29,469 bases of DNA from a virus: the IMG/VR virus record IMGVR_UViG_3300005939_000029, positions 1-29,469 of that record. One strand, 5' to 3'. The position numbers and the translations under genes are program-made. This document shows, piece by piece, positions 9,035-16,305 of this stretch. Under the pieces are notes generated by a model. It was not told where the DNA came from, did no database searches, and was given only the letters and a program-made list of their open reading frames with translations. Positions within the stretch are counted from its first letter, which is position 1, and the number at the start of each line of letters is the position of its first letter.

Positions 9035-10744
9035 ATGACTACAGCGGACAGGTTCGACGCAGACACCGGGGACCCCGTTTTCCACACTACCTTTCAGGCG
9101 TTCGCGGAGGGGCTGGACGGGAACGGGATCCTCGACGCCGGGGATCTCGCGGTTACAGCGGGGACGAACACGAACGCCCTCGACGTAGCCGCGACGACCC
9201 GCGGGCTGTGGTATGGAGGGACGCTTCACTCCTACGCCGGGGCGACGAACGTCCTCTCCCTCTCCTCGAACACGTCCGGGAGTCCACGGTGGGATCTCGT
9301 CTACTTTGACACGGGGACCTCCTCTCCGGGGAAACGAGAGGGGACGCCCGCGACGAAACCCGACCTCCCGGAACTACAGTCCGGAGAGTTCCCTCTCGCG
9401 GCGGTCTACCTCCCGGACGGAACGACGGACGTAACCGACTCCGACATACGCGACTACCGCGTTCACGGAACCGCGGCGGAGGAGACGTGGTTCGAGGACT
9501 CCCCCGGAGAGTTCTCGTCCTCGACCGTCGAGGGGGCGCTAACGGAGGTTATCCGGGAGGCGGGGGATCCGCTGAACGGACCGCTGGACCTCTCCGGGTT
9601 CTCCGGGTCCGCGGTCCTCGACCTCGGAACGAACCCCGGGACGTTCGGGGCGGTCGTGGACGCTGTGGTAGACGGGAACGACGCCGCGGGAACGGAGGAG
9701 TCGTTCCTGTTCGCGGTGGACTCCACGACAGTCCTAAAGATCTACGCGGAGTCCGACGGGTCGGGCGGCGTTCAGAACCTCCGGGCGGAGGTTCCACAGG
9801 GACTCCGGACCGCGGACGACGTAACGGACGACCGCGGGAACACTCTCTACTCCTACTCGTCTAACGAGTTCACACAGGCGCGTCTCGGAGGTCCAGCGGG
9901 AGCTCTCACGTCCTACCCGCTACCGATAGGGGACCTCGACTCTCCCTACGCCCTCCCGTCCATTACGGATATGGACGTGGACTCTACGGACCTCACGGAC
10001 TCCACGGGTCCGGGAACTCTCTACGACGCGTCCGCGGGTGAGTTCCTACGCGGCGTCCTCGACCAAAACAGGAACACGTCCTCCGTCTCCTCGAACACGA
10101 CTACCTCCGACGAGGAGATCCTGTTCGTAGACACGTCCGGCGGGGCGGTTACTATCACTCTCGCCTCCGCGGACGCGGTGGACGGGAACCACATTATCGT
10201 AGTGGACTCCGGCGGTTCCGCGGACTCTAACCCTCTTACCATAGACACGGAGGGGTCCGAAACGATAGACGGAGTTTCCTCCGTTACCGTGGAAACCGCC
10301 TACGGCGCACAGGTCCTTTCCTCGGACGGGACCAATTGGTTCACCGCGGGCGGCGGATCCGGAGGCGGCTACGACCAAACGGTAGACTTTGACCACTCCG
10401 GGAGTAAGACCTCCCTCTCGACCGGGAATCAGGCGTTAGTCGGAGTCGCGGAGGTGGACGCCTCCGAGACGTTAGAGATCTACAAAGCCCAATTGATGAA
10501 ACCCGACGGAACCGCCTCCTCCACCTCCGTAGACCTCGAACTCGTTACGCTGGATAACGCCGGGTCGTTCACGTCGAGGAGTGTCCTAATCGCCGGGGAC
10601 GGTTCGACCGTCTACGACGACCAAACAGGTAGCCCTCTCGGATCCTACAGCCCGGGATCTACCACGACCGTAGCGGTCCTCGTAGATAATCAGTCCGGGT
10701 CCGCGGAGGGCGTCTACGCGGAGGCGAAAGGGGAGGTCGTCTAA
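9035..10744 (+). CDS. tail fibre/spike protein
   Basis: 569 aa, Ser/Thr/Gly/Asp-rich. Contains 'ILFVDTSGGAVTITL...IIVVDSGGSADSNPLTIDTEGSETIDG...L.SDGTNWF', a module common in tail fibres. Confidence 0.65.
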   Translation: MTTADRFDADTGDPVFHTTFQAFAEGLDGNGILDAGDLAVTAGTNTNALDVAATTRGLWYGGTLHSYAGATNVLSLSSNTSGSPRWDLVYFDTGTSSPGKREGTPATKPDLPELQSGEFPLAAVYLPDGTTDVTDSDIRDYRVHGTAAEETWFEDSPGEFSSSTVEGALTEVIREAGDPLNGPLDLSGFSGSAVLDLGTNPGTFGAVVDAVVDGNDAAGTEESFLFAVDSTTVLKIYAESDGSGGVQNLRAEVPQGLRTADDVTDDRGNTLYSYSSNEFTQARLGGPAGALTSYPLPIGDLDSPYALPSITDMDVDSTDLTDSTGPGTLYDASAGEFLRGVLDQNRNTSSVSSNTTTSDEEILFVDTSGGAVTITLASADAVDGNHIIVVDSGGSADSNPLTIDTEGSETIDGVSSVTVETAYGAQVLSSDGTNWFTAGGGSGGGYDQTVDFDHSGSKTSLSTGNQALVGVAEVDASETLEIYKAQLMKPDGTASSTSVDLELVTLDNAGSFTSRSVLIAGDGSTVYDDQTGSPLGSYSPGSTTTVAVLVDNQSGSAEGVYAEAKGEVV

Positions 10745-11779
10745 ATGACTATCGTGGGACTGGACTCTCTCCCGGAGGTCACACTCTCGGAGGTCACACT
10801 CCCGGAGGTGGACATTTTAGAGAGGGAGGTTCAGATAACCGAACAGTCCGGGTCCTCTCTCTCGGACTATCAGGTTCGGGTAACGTTCGGGTCCGGGGAT
10901 CCGATTTTCACGAACGCCCTCTCCGACGGGTCGGACATACGTTTCACCGATACACAGGGAGACTCCTCTCCCTATCTGGACCACTACCTACAGGAGTTCG
11001 ACGCCTCCGCGGAGACGGCTACGATATGGGTTAAGGTCCCGTCCATAGCCGCGTCCTCGACGGAGAGTATTTGGTTATACTACGGGGACGGAACGAACGC
11101 GAAAACGTCCTCCGGGATCGGGACGTTCCCCTACGGGTTCTATGACTTTGAGGAGTTCACGGACGGACAGGACATTATCGCAAACGACGCCGCGTTTACC
11201 GCAATTAGAAACTATGATACGACGCCCACGTTCACAGCCTATAACTCCTATGCGAAACAGGGGAGTGTCGGTTCACAGTTTACGACGGACGTTTCAGAGG
11301 GCGTTCAGTATGAATTGCCCCAAACTATAGATAGTTCTACAGAATCTAAATGGGTCCGTGAGTTCTGGATGAAAGGGACGGAAAGCACCTCCTCCCGGAC
11401 GACTCACGCTATGTCGGACGTAGTGGACGCCTCGAACACGGAGGAGAATATCTACGGACCCACCGACGATATGAGTAATGAAGGGGATGTCCGCTACTAC
11501 AACGGAGGCAGGTGGGTTATTATCTACTCCGGGATCTCGCCCGGGGACTGGGTATGGATTCACGAGGAGATAGACTTTCCCAATAATGTGACCTATACGG
11601 AGGTGAAAGACGCCCCGGACGGTAGCGTTCTCGGGTCCGGGACCGCGGGGTTCCGGTACTCGACTAACCAGTTATCGTATAAAACGATTCACGCGAACAG
11701 CGTTACCTCCGGAGAGGACCTGTTCCGGATCCGTAAGTGGGCGTCCACCGAACCCTCCGTTTCCGTGGGGGCTGAATAA
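10745..11779 (+). CDS. DUF2341-domain protein (putative tail adhesin)
   Basis: 'DYQVRV...DGSDIRFTD...ATIWVKVPSI...IWLYYG' matches DUF2341. The C-terminus 'FRIRKWASTEPSVSVGAE' is a typical ending for such proteins. Confidence 0.75.
   Translation: MTIVGLDSLPEVTLSEVTLPEVDILEREVQITEQSGSSLSDYQVRVTFGSGDPIFTNALSDGSDIRFTDTQGDSSPYLDHYLQEFDASAETATIWVKVPSIAASSTESIWLYYGDGTNAKTSSGIGTFPYGFYDFEEFTDGQDIIANDAAFTAIRNYDTTPTFTAYNSYAKQGSVGSQFTTDVSEGVQYELPQTIDSSTESKWVREFWMKGTESTSSRTTHAMSDVVDASNTEENIYGPTDDMSNEGDVRYYNGGRWVIIYSGISPGDWVWIHEEIDFPNNVTYTEVKDAPDGSVLGSGTAGFRYSTNQLSYKTIHANSVTSGEDLFRIRKWASTEPSVSVGAE
10769..10809 (+). repeat. 15-bp tandem repeat (~2.7 copies) encoding LPEVT/LSEVT/LPEV
   Basis: ctcccggaggtcaca ctctcggaggtcaca ctcccggaggt. 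Confidence 0.8.
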
Positions 11780-12564
11780 TGCCGAACTCGGACTACGTGT
11801 TTCAAAGCGGGGAACCCGTCGAGGTCGGACAGGCGGGGGACCACGCCTACGAGTTCGTTTCCGGGAGTCCTCTCGTAGATAGCGGGGCGTCCGAGTTCGT
11901 GTTCGCCTCCGGGACGGGTATCGGGTCGTCCGCTACGGTGATAGACGACTTGGAACGCGGAGATCTCTCTCCCTATATCCAATATGGGGACCAATATGGG
12001 AACCAGAACGACACGAGTATCACGACCTCACCGACTTACGAGGGGACCTACGCTATCGCTATGGTCGGGAGCGATAACGCCCTCGTCTCCTATCCCGGGG
12101 ACGGACTCCCGTATTACCCGGTCCGAGGCGACGTGATAGAATACTATACGTGGTTAAGTAGCGGGAACGATGTGGGCGTAGAAATAGACTTTTGCGTTCA
12201 GGACCACGGGTACAGAAACGAGTATTGGTATGAAGCCGCTCTAAAGAATTTCGACGCGTCTACGAACCCCGGGGGTGTCCACATAGGGAAACGGAAAGGG
12301 GACAGTTTGGACATAGGCCCTATCCGGTCGGGGGACCCGCTACCGTCCGATACGTGGTTACGCTGTAGGATAGAGATAGGGGATCCGACCATAGCCGTTA
12401 CCGGCTATTATCCCGACGGGTCGGGGGGCTGGACCGCGGAGGCGACGGTATCTATGGACGACACGGAGTGGAGTAGCGGCGGGGTCGGGTGGCATACCTC
12501 ACAGTCCGGACAGACGGGCGGGGATATTTACGCGGATTTAGCCCGGAAAACGGGGACCGTCTAA
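11779..12564 (+). CDS. putative receptor-binding/lectin-like tail protein
   Basis: 261 aa, aromatic-rich beta-sandwich-like body after 'IDDLERGDLSPY'; last gene of the tail module. Confidence 0.45.
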   Translation: MPNSDYVFQSGEPVEVGQAGDHAYEFVSGSPLVDSGASEFVFASGTGIGSSATVIDDLERGDLSPYIQYGDQYGNQNDTSITTSPTYEGTYAIAMVGSDNALVSYPGDGLPYYPVRGDVIEYYTWLSSGNDVGVEIDFCVQDHGYRNEYWYEAALKNFDASTNPGGVHIGKRKGDSLDIGPIRSGDPLPSDTWLRCRIEIGDPTIAVTGYYPDGSGGWTAEATVSMDDTEWSSGGVGWHTSQSGQTGGDIYADLARKTGTV

Positions 12565-12576
12565 CGTAGACAGTCT

Positions 12577-12598
12577 TTCGTAGCGAACTTTCTTATCC
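12577..12598 (+). promoter_or_regulatory. putative promoter of the membrane-protein pair
   Basis: CGTAGCGAACTTTCTTATCC, about 25 bp before the ATG at 12621. Confidence 0.45.
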
Positions 12599-12620
12599 GT
12601 TTTACGTTAGGGTTCCCTTA

Positions 12621-13064
12621 ATGGCTGAACCGACAGGGGGAATCGCGATAACGGAGTTTCAGTTAATCGTAGCCCTCCTCGGAGTCGCGGGGACCGCGTT
12701 CGCCGGGTGGCTGTATAGACACGAACGGTGGTTCCGCGACAGGGTATTTCCCGTTATTCAGGTTCTCACGGGAAAGTCCTCGGGCGGGGAGGACGTAGAT
12801 CCGACCTCCGACGGTGGACTCCTCGGAGAGACGGACGACCGACTCACCCGCTTAGAGGAGACGGTCGAGAAAGTCGCGGAGAATCAGGACGAACTACAGC
12901 GGGACGTAAAGGATCTCTCTCGAACACAGAAACGACATAACCGACAGACGGAGGGTTTTCTCCGCCGGATAGCGGGGGCTGTGGACGACGTGGACCTCTC
13001 TCCCGGAGAGGACGAACCGCTGTTCCGAGGAGGCGGCGGACCGGGGAATGGAGGGGGAGACTAA
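12621..13064 (+). CDS. membrane-anchored coiled-coil protein (candidate egress factor)
   Basis: N-terminal TM 'LIVALLGVAGTAFAGWLY' and a heptad-like segment 'DDRLTRLEETVEKVAENQDELQRDVKDL'. Confidence 0.55.
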   Translation: MAEPTGGIAITEFQLIVALLGVAGTAFAGWLYRHERWFRDRVFPVIQVLTGKSSGGEDVDPTSDGGLLGETDDRLTRLEETVEKVAENQDELQRDVKDLSRTQKRHNRQTEGFLRRIAGAVDDVDLSPGEDEPLFRGGGGPGNGGGD

Positions 13065-13480
13065 TGTCCCGGGACGGGCTGAACGCCTCGGACTACGTGT
13101 TTTCGGAGGACGGACTCCCGGCGTGGGTCCCCGCGTTCCTCCGTCGGGTTCTCCTCGACCTCACCTACTGGGAGTTTCACGCTATGGAACTCGGACTCCT
13201 CGGACTGTTCGCCGGGGCGGGCGTCCGCCTCGGACTCACGGAGTGGGTAGCGTTCGGGACCGCGTTCCTCGTCGGGACCTCGTTCGGGTTCCGGCGTCTC
13301 GACCCGGACCGGATCCCGTCGTTCGAGGGAGACGGGGTTCTCCGCGCCCTCGTCCACCTCGTCGCGGGGACCGCGGAGAACATAGCCTCCCGAACCCTCG
13401 GACGGGAACCGTGGTATTTCCTCGTCGTCTACGTCCTCACGACTACCGCGGCGTGGATCTCCTACCCGGTTCTCGCCTAA
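13064..13480 (+). CDS. small multi-pass membrane protein (holin-like candidate)
   Basis: 138 aa with 2-3 hydrophobic segments; TAATG-coupled to the previous gene. Confidence 0.5.
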   Translation: MSRDGLNASDYVFSEDGLPAWVPAFLRRVLLDLTYWEFHAMELGLLGLFAGAGVRLGLTEWVAFGTAFLVGTSFGFRRLDPDRIPSFEGDGVLRALVHLVAGTAENIASRTLGREPWYFLVVYVLTTTAAWISYPVLA

Positions 13481-13505
13481 CGTGAAACGGATTTTCACGG
13501 TAGCC
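13481..13505 (-). promoter_or_regulatory. palindromic site, copy A (inverted relative to copies B-D)
   Basis: CGTGAAA-CGGAT-TTTCACG followed by GTAGCC. The reverse complement GGCTACCGTGAAAATCCGTTTCACG matches the copies at 14147, 14246 and 14345. Confidence 0.8.
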
Positions 13506-13588
13506 CCCGTTCGGTAGCGGCGGGTCCGTCGAGATCTATCCCGGTCCAGCCCGTCGAGGCGGTGGGACGGACCGGACGCTAACCTGTC

Positions 13589-13610
13589 GTAGTGAGTCGG
13601 TAACTATAAG
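13589..13610 (+). promoter_or_regulatory. promoter-motif copy pointing at the hairpin cluster
   Basis: GTAGTGAGTCGGTAACTATAAG resembles the recurring TAG..CCGGTAAC-TATA motif. Confidence 0.5.
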
Positions 13611-13634
13611 ACGGTTCACTTGAAACCATACCCG

Positions 13635-13780
13635 TATGCCGTTAACACCGTGGGCGACGACAGCGGGGGCGTCGCCCTAAAGGGCGTATCTCCCGGAGGG
13701 AGGAGACGCCCGGGGCGACTCCCCGCGGAGTCGCCCGGGCTACGCGTTCGACTGAACAGGAGGACGCGGACCGCGGACGA
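13635..13780 (+). ncRNA. putative structured small RNA with three GGGCG/CGCCC-closed hairpins (ends approximate)
   Basis: Stems at 13652-13677, 13682-13711 and 13713-13736 lie downstream of a promoter motif. Only a 14-codon ORF (13636-13680) is present. Confidence 0.4.
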
Positions 13781-13784
13781 GATC

Positions 13785-14417
13785 TTATTCTAAGAACGAG
13801 AGGGCGTCCGAGGCTAACAGGCGGAGGTCGTCGTTCTGGATAGCGATAGAGGCGGGGCGTCCGTCCTCGACCTCGACCACTCCGGCGTCCCGGAGGTCGT
13901 GGACGTGGTTCTTTACCGTCCTCGTCGTCGTCTCCGTCCACTCCGAGAGGTGGGAGTAGGTCGTCGTCCCGTTCTGGACGAGACACGCTAAGATCCCGCG
14001 GCGGGTCGGTTCTCCGAGGGCTACCATACACTCCCGATACTCGTCCCGGTAACGACGACGGAGACGTTCGACGGAGACGACCGTCTCGACGGACCACTCC
14101 TCCCCGCATATCTGGACCTGTCCACGGAGGGGGCGGTCCTCCCCGTGGCTACCGTGAAAATTCGTTTCACGGTTCGAGTGTTCGGGTCCACACACAGCGT
14201 CCGCCTCTCCCGGGGGACGCTGAACGCGGTCTACTCCTCCCCCGTGGCTACCGTGAAAATTCGTTTCACGGTTCGAGTGTTCGGGTCCACACACAGCGTC
14301 CGCCTCTCCCGGGGGACGCTGAACGCGGTCTACTCCTCCCCCGCGGCTACCGTGAAAATCCGTTTCATCATAGCGTCCGGTTCTGTCGTCTAAGTGTTGG
14401 TGGCTTTCTGAACTCAC
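13785..14417 (-). CDS. ArsR/SmtB-type winged-HTH protein with an N-terminal 33-aa repeat (start uncertain: GTG 14417 or ATG 14027)
   Basis: C-terminal 'ALGEPTRRGILACL...TYSHLSEWTETTTRTVKNHVHDLRDAGVVEV' fits ArsR-type HTH. A GGAGG lies upstream of GTG 14417 and a promoter at 14461-14484. Confidence 0.7.
   Translation of the reverse strand: MSSESHQHLDDRTGRYDETDFHGSRGGGVDRVQRPPGEADAVCGPEHSNRETNFHGSHGGGVDRVQRPPGEADAVCGPEHSNRETNFHGSHGEDRPLRGQVQICGEEWSVETVVSVERLRRRYRDEYRECMVALGEPTRRGILACLVQNGTTTYSHLSEWTETTTRTVKNHVHDLRDAGVVEVEDGRPASIAIQNDDLRLLASDALSFLE
14141..14367. repeat. 99-bp tandem repeat, 2.3 copies, each carrying the palindrome CCGTGAAA-N5-TTTCACGG
   Basis: Palindrome cores start at 14152, 14251 and 14350 (exact period 99). 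Copies 1 and 2 are identical; copy 3 is partial with two substitutions. Confidence 0.95.
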
Positions 14418-14460
14418 GTCGAGGTCCCTCCTACGGGTAGCCTACCGCTACGGAGGAGGG

Positions 14461-14484
14461 TCTTAAAAAGTTACCGGAGGCTAC
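14461..14484 (-). promoter_or_regulatory. leftward viral promoter motif driving the wHTH ORF
   Basis: Minus strand reads GTAGCCTCCGGTAACTTTTTAAGA, just after the stop of 14491-14973. Confidence 0.65.
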
Positions 14485-14490
14485 GGCGTA

Positions 14491-14973
14491 TTAGCGAAAC
14501 AGGTCCCGCTTAGTCCACTCCGTAACGTCCCACTTTCGAACCGCGTCCTCCCGGGCTGGACATTTCTGTGTGTCCGTCCGGATCTCCCTCCCTGTGTCGT
14601 CGTCGTAGTGGGTCCAGTCATACTCCGCGGTAGTGTCCGCTGTGTATTGGTCCAGCGTGAACTCGTAGAGGGTCTTTGTGTCTCTCTCGTAGACGAGGAC
14701 GAGTTCCACCTCCTCGAATTGAAGGTTAGAGAGGACGGGGAGGCTAATCGGGTAGGAGTCGAATTTCCTAAACAGGTTCGCGTCCGTCGTCCGGGTCGTC
14801 CGGTAGCCCTTAATCTCCCGTTTCTCCTCGTCCCCGCGGTTATAGACCACTACGAGGTTCCCGATTTTGTGGTTCTTATACGGGTGAGGGACGGGACGCG
14901 CTTTCCGGATCTGTGGGGGCGCGTCGAACTCCGGTTCCTCCTGTGTGTCGGTAAAGTCGTCCAGCGTAGCCAT
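14491..14973 (-). CDS. hypothetical viral protein
   Basis: 160-aa acidic ORF with genome-typical codon usage and its own promoter motif at 15011-15033 (-). Confidence 0.7.
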   Translation of the reverse strand: MATLDDFTDTQEEPEFDAPPQIRKARPVPHPYKNHKIGNLVVVYNRGDEEKREIKGYRTTRTTDANLFRKFDSYPISLPVLSNLQFEEVELVLVYERDTKTLYEFTLDQYTADTTAEYDWTHYDDDTGREIRTDTQKCPAREDAVRKWDVTEWTKRDLFR

Positions 14974-15010
14974 TTTCTAATCTCCTCGTAGGGTCGTATC
15001 ACTCGTTCCA

Positions 15011-15060
15011 ACATAATGTTACCGGATGGCTAATACGCGTTTCGTCCGGTATCTTTAAAC
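15011..15060. promoter_or_regulatory. back-to-back divergent promoters
   Basis: Minus strand TTAGCCATCCGGTAACATTATG (15011-15033); plus strand TCGTCCGGTATCTTTAAAC (15042-15060), about 24 bp before ATG 15084. Confidence 0.6.
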
Positions 15061-15083
15061 CGTCCGTAGCCCTTATCTCCGGT

Positions 15084-15956
15084 ATGTCCACAGTCACGGA
15101 ACGGAGTAAGGACCCGGAGGCTATCGCCTCGGAGCTCGGACTCCCGGATCTCGTCGGACGAACAGCCCGCGTCTACCTCGACCGCCTCGAACAGGAGGAC
15201 TATCAGATCCCCGCGGACGCCCGGACCTACCCGGCTATCGTTTACTACGCGTCCCGGGACGAGGGCGAACCGTTCACCGCGGGAGAGGTAGCGGAACAGG
15301 CGGGCGTATCGGAAACCGCTGTTTCCCGGGAGTTCCGGCGTCTCGTAGACGCCCTCGGACACACCCCCGAACACGCGGATCCGGAGGCGTTCCTACAGCG
15401 GTTCGGGAACGAACTCTCCGCCTCGACGGAGACGGTGAACACAGCCCTCGACCTCTACCGGGAGGGCGCGGACACGGGGCTGTTCTCGAACCGGACGCCC
15501 GCGGTCGTCGCGTCCCTGTGTCTCTACGCGGCGTCCACCCTCACGGACGACGACCTCACACAGGCGGACTTTGAGGAGTTCGGCGTCTCGCGGACCTCTA
15601 TCCGGAAGGGCTACAAAACGGTTCTCTCCCTCCGCGGGGAGGAACAGTCCTCCGGTAAGATCTCCGAGGGCGACGCCGCGGACCGTCTCCGGGAGGCGGT
15701 CGAGGCTATCCACTCCGAACTCTCGTTCCCGGAGGTCGTTCTGGACGCCGCCCTCGAACGCGTCGAGGAGGTAGCCGGACAGGAGTGGGTCCGCGGTAAG
15801 TCCGCGGGTCCTATCGCCTCCGGGATCTACTGGATAGCCGCGGACGAGAACCGTATGGTCCTCTCACAGGGGGACGCCGCGGACGCCGCCCCCGGGAACG
15901 TCCACAAAGTCACGGTGAACCGTCGCGTCGCGGCTATCCGGGACCACGCCTCGTAA
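15084..15956 (+). CDS. tfb: TFB/TFIIB-like protein with three cyclin-fold repeats and no Zn ribbon
   Basis: 'IASELGLP...VYYASRDEGEPFTAGEVAEQAGVS', 'DPEAFLQRFGNEL...GLFSNRTPAVVASLCLYAAS...TQ' and 'IHSELSFP...GKSAGPIASGIYWIAA...VTVNRR' each match TFB core repeats. Confidence 0.85.
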   Translation: MSTVTERSKDPEAIASELGLPDLVGRTARVYLDRLEQEDYQIPADARTYPAIVYYASRDEGEPFTAGEVAEQAGVSETAVSREFRRLVDALGHTPEHADPEAFLQRFGNELSASTETVNTALDLYREGADTGLFSNRTPAVVASLCLYAASTLTDDDLTQADFEEFGVSRTSIRKGYKTVLSLRGEEQSSGKISEGDAADRLREAVEAIHSELSFPEVVLDAALERVEEVAGQEWVRGKSAGPIASGIYWIAADENRMVLSQGDAADAAPGNVHKVTVNRRVAAIRDHAS

Positions 15957-16243
15957 TGTCCGAGACTGTTCACGACCTCCGGGGACAGATCTCGCGGGCT
16001 GTGGGGATCTCCTCGTCGCCCTCCGGGGCGTTTCGTAAAGACGACCTGAACGTTATCCTCTCCACCCTCGGAGGAGACGCGCTGGACGCCGCGGAGGTCT
16101 ACGGGTGGGACGCCCCGCCTAAGTCGTGGTTCTACGAACAGGTAGCGGCGGAGGCGGGGTTCGACTACGACCCCGGAGAGGGAGATAACGCCCGCCCGTT
16201 CAATCGGGGCGAACTCCTCGACCTCCTCGACGCTGTTCAGTAG
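15956..16243 (+). CDS. hypothetical protein
   Basis: 95 aa, TAATG-coupled to the TFB-like gene. It has two related halves ('AFRKDDL..IL' and 'PFNRGEL.DLL'). Confidence 0.7.
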   Translation: MSETVHDLRGQISRAVGISSSPSGAFRKDDLNVILSTLGGDALDAAEVYGWDAPPKSWFYEQVAAEAGFDYDPGEGDNARPFNRGELLDLLDAVQ

Positions 16244-16260
16244 CCGCGAAACTTACGCTA

Positions 16261-16284
16261 TTAGTCTCCGGTAGCATTTTAAAG
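16261..16284 (+). promoter_or_regulatory. viral promoter motif
   Basis: TTAGTCTCCGGTAGCATTTTAAAG, 22 bp before ATG 16306. Confidence 0.6.
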
Positions 16285-16305
16285 ACCCACTCCGAACCGG
16301 AGGGT

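Noticed and set aside
11979-12000. 12-bp duplication CCAATATGGG(GA) encoding QYGDQYG
   Set aside because: Trivial local slippage with no wider pattern.
9035-12564. DGR- or invertase-type tail-fibre variation system
   Set aside because: No reverse transcriptase, no TR/VR repeat pair, no invertase and no inverted fibre cassettes are seen.
13642-14109. 155-aa Arg/Pro-rich minus-strand ORF
   Set aside because: Alternative frame over the wHTH gene; non-acidic and motif-free.
14141-14367. 99-bp array with palindromic repeats as a mini-CRISPR array
   Set aside because: The 'spacers' are identical and about 75 bp long, the repeat does not match the haloarchaeal type I-B repeat beyond GTTTCA, and no cas genes are present. 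It is a plain tandem duplication.
13481-14369. Invertible segment or IS/MITE bounded by the 25-bp inverted repeats
   Set aside because: No recombinase, invertase or transposase is seen in the window and no target-site duplication is evident. The dyad symmetry fits a protein-binding site better. Not strictly excluded.
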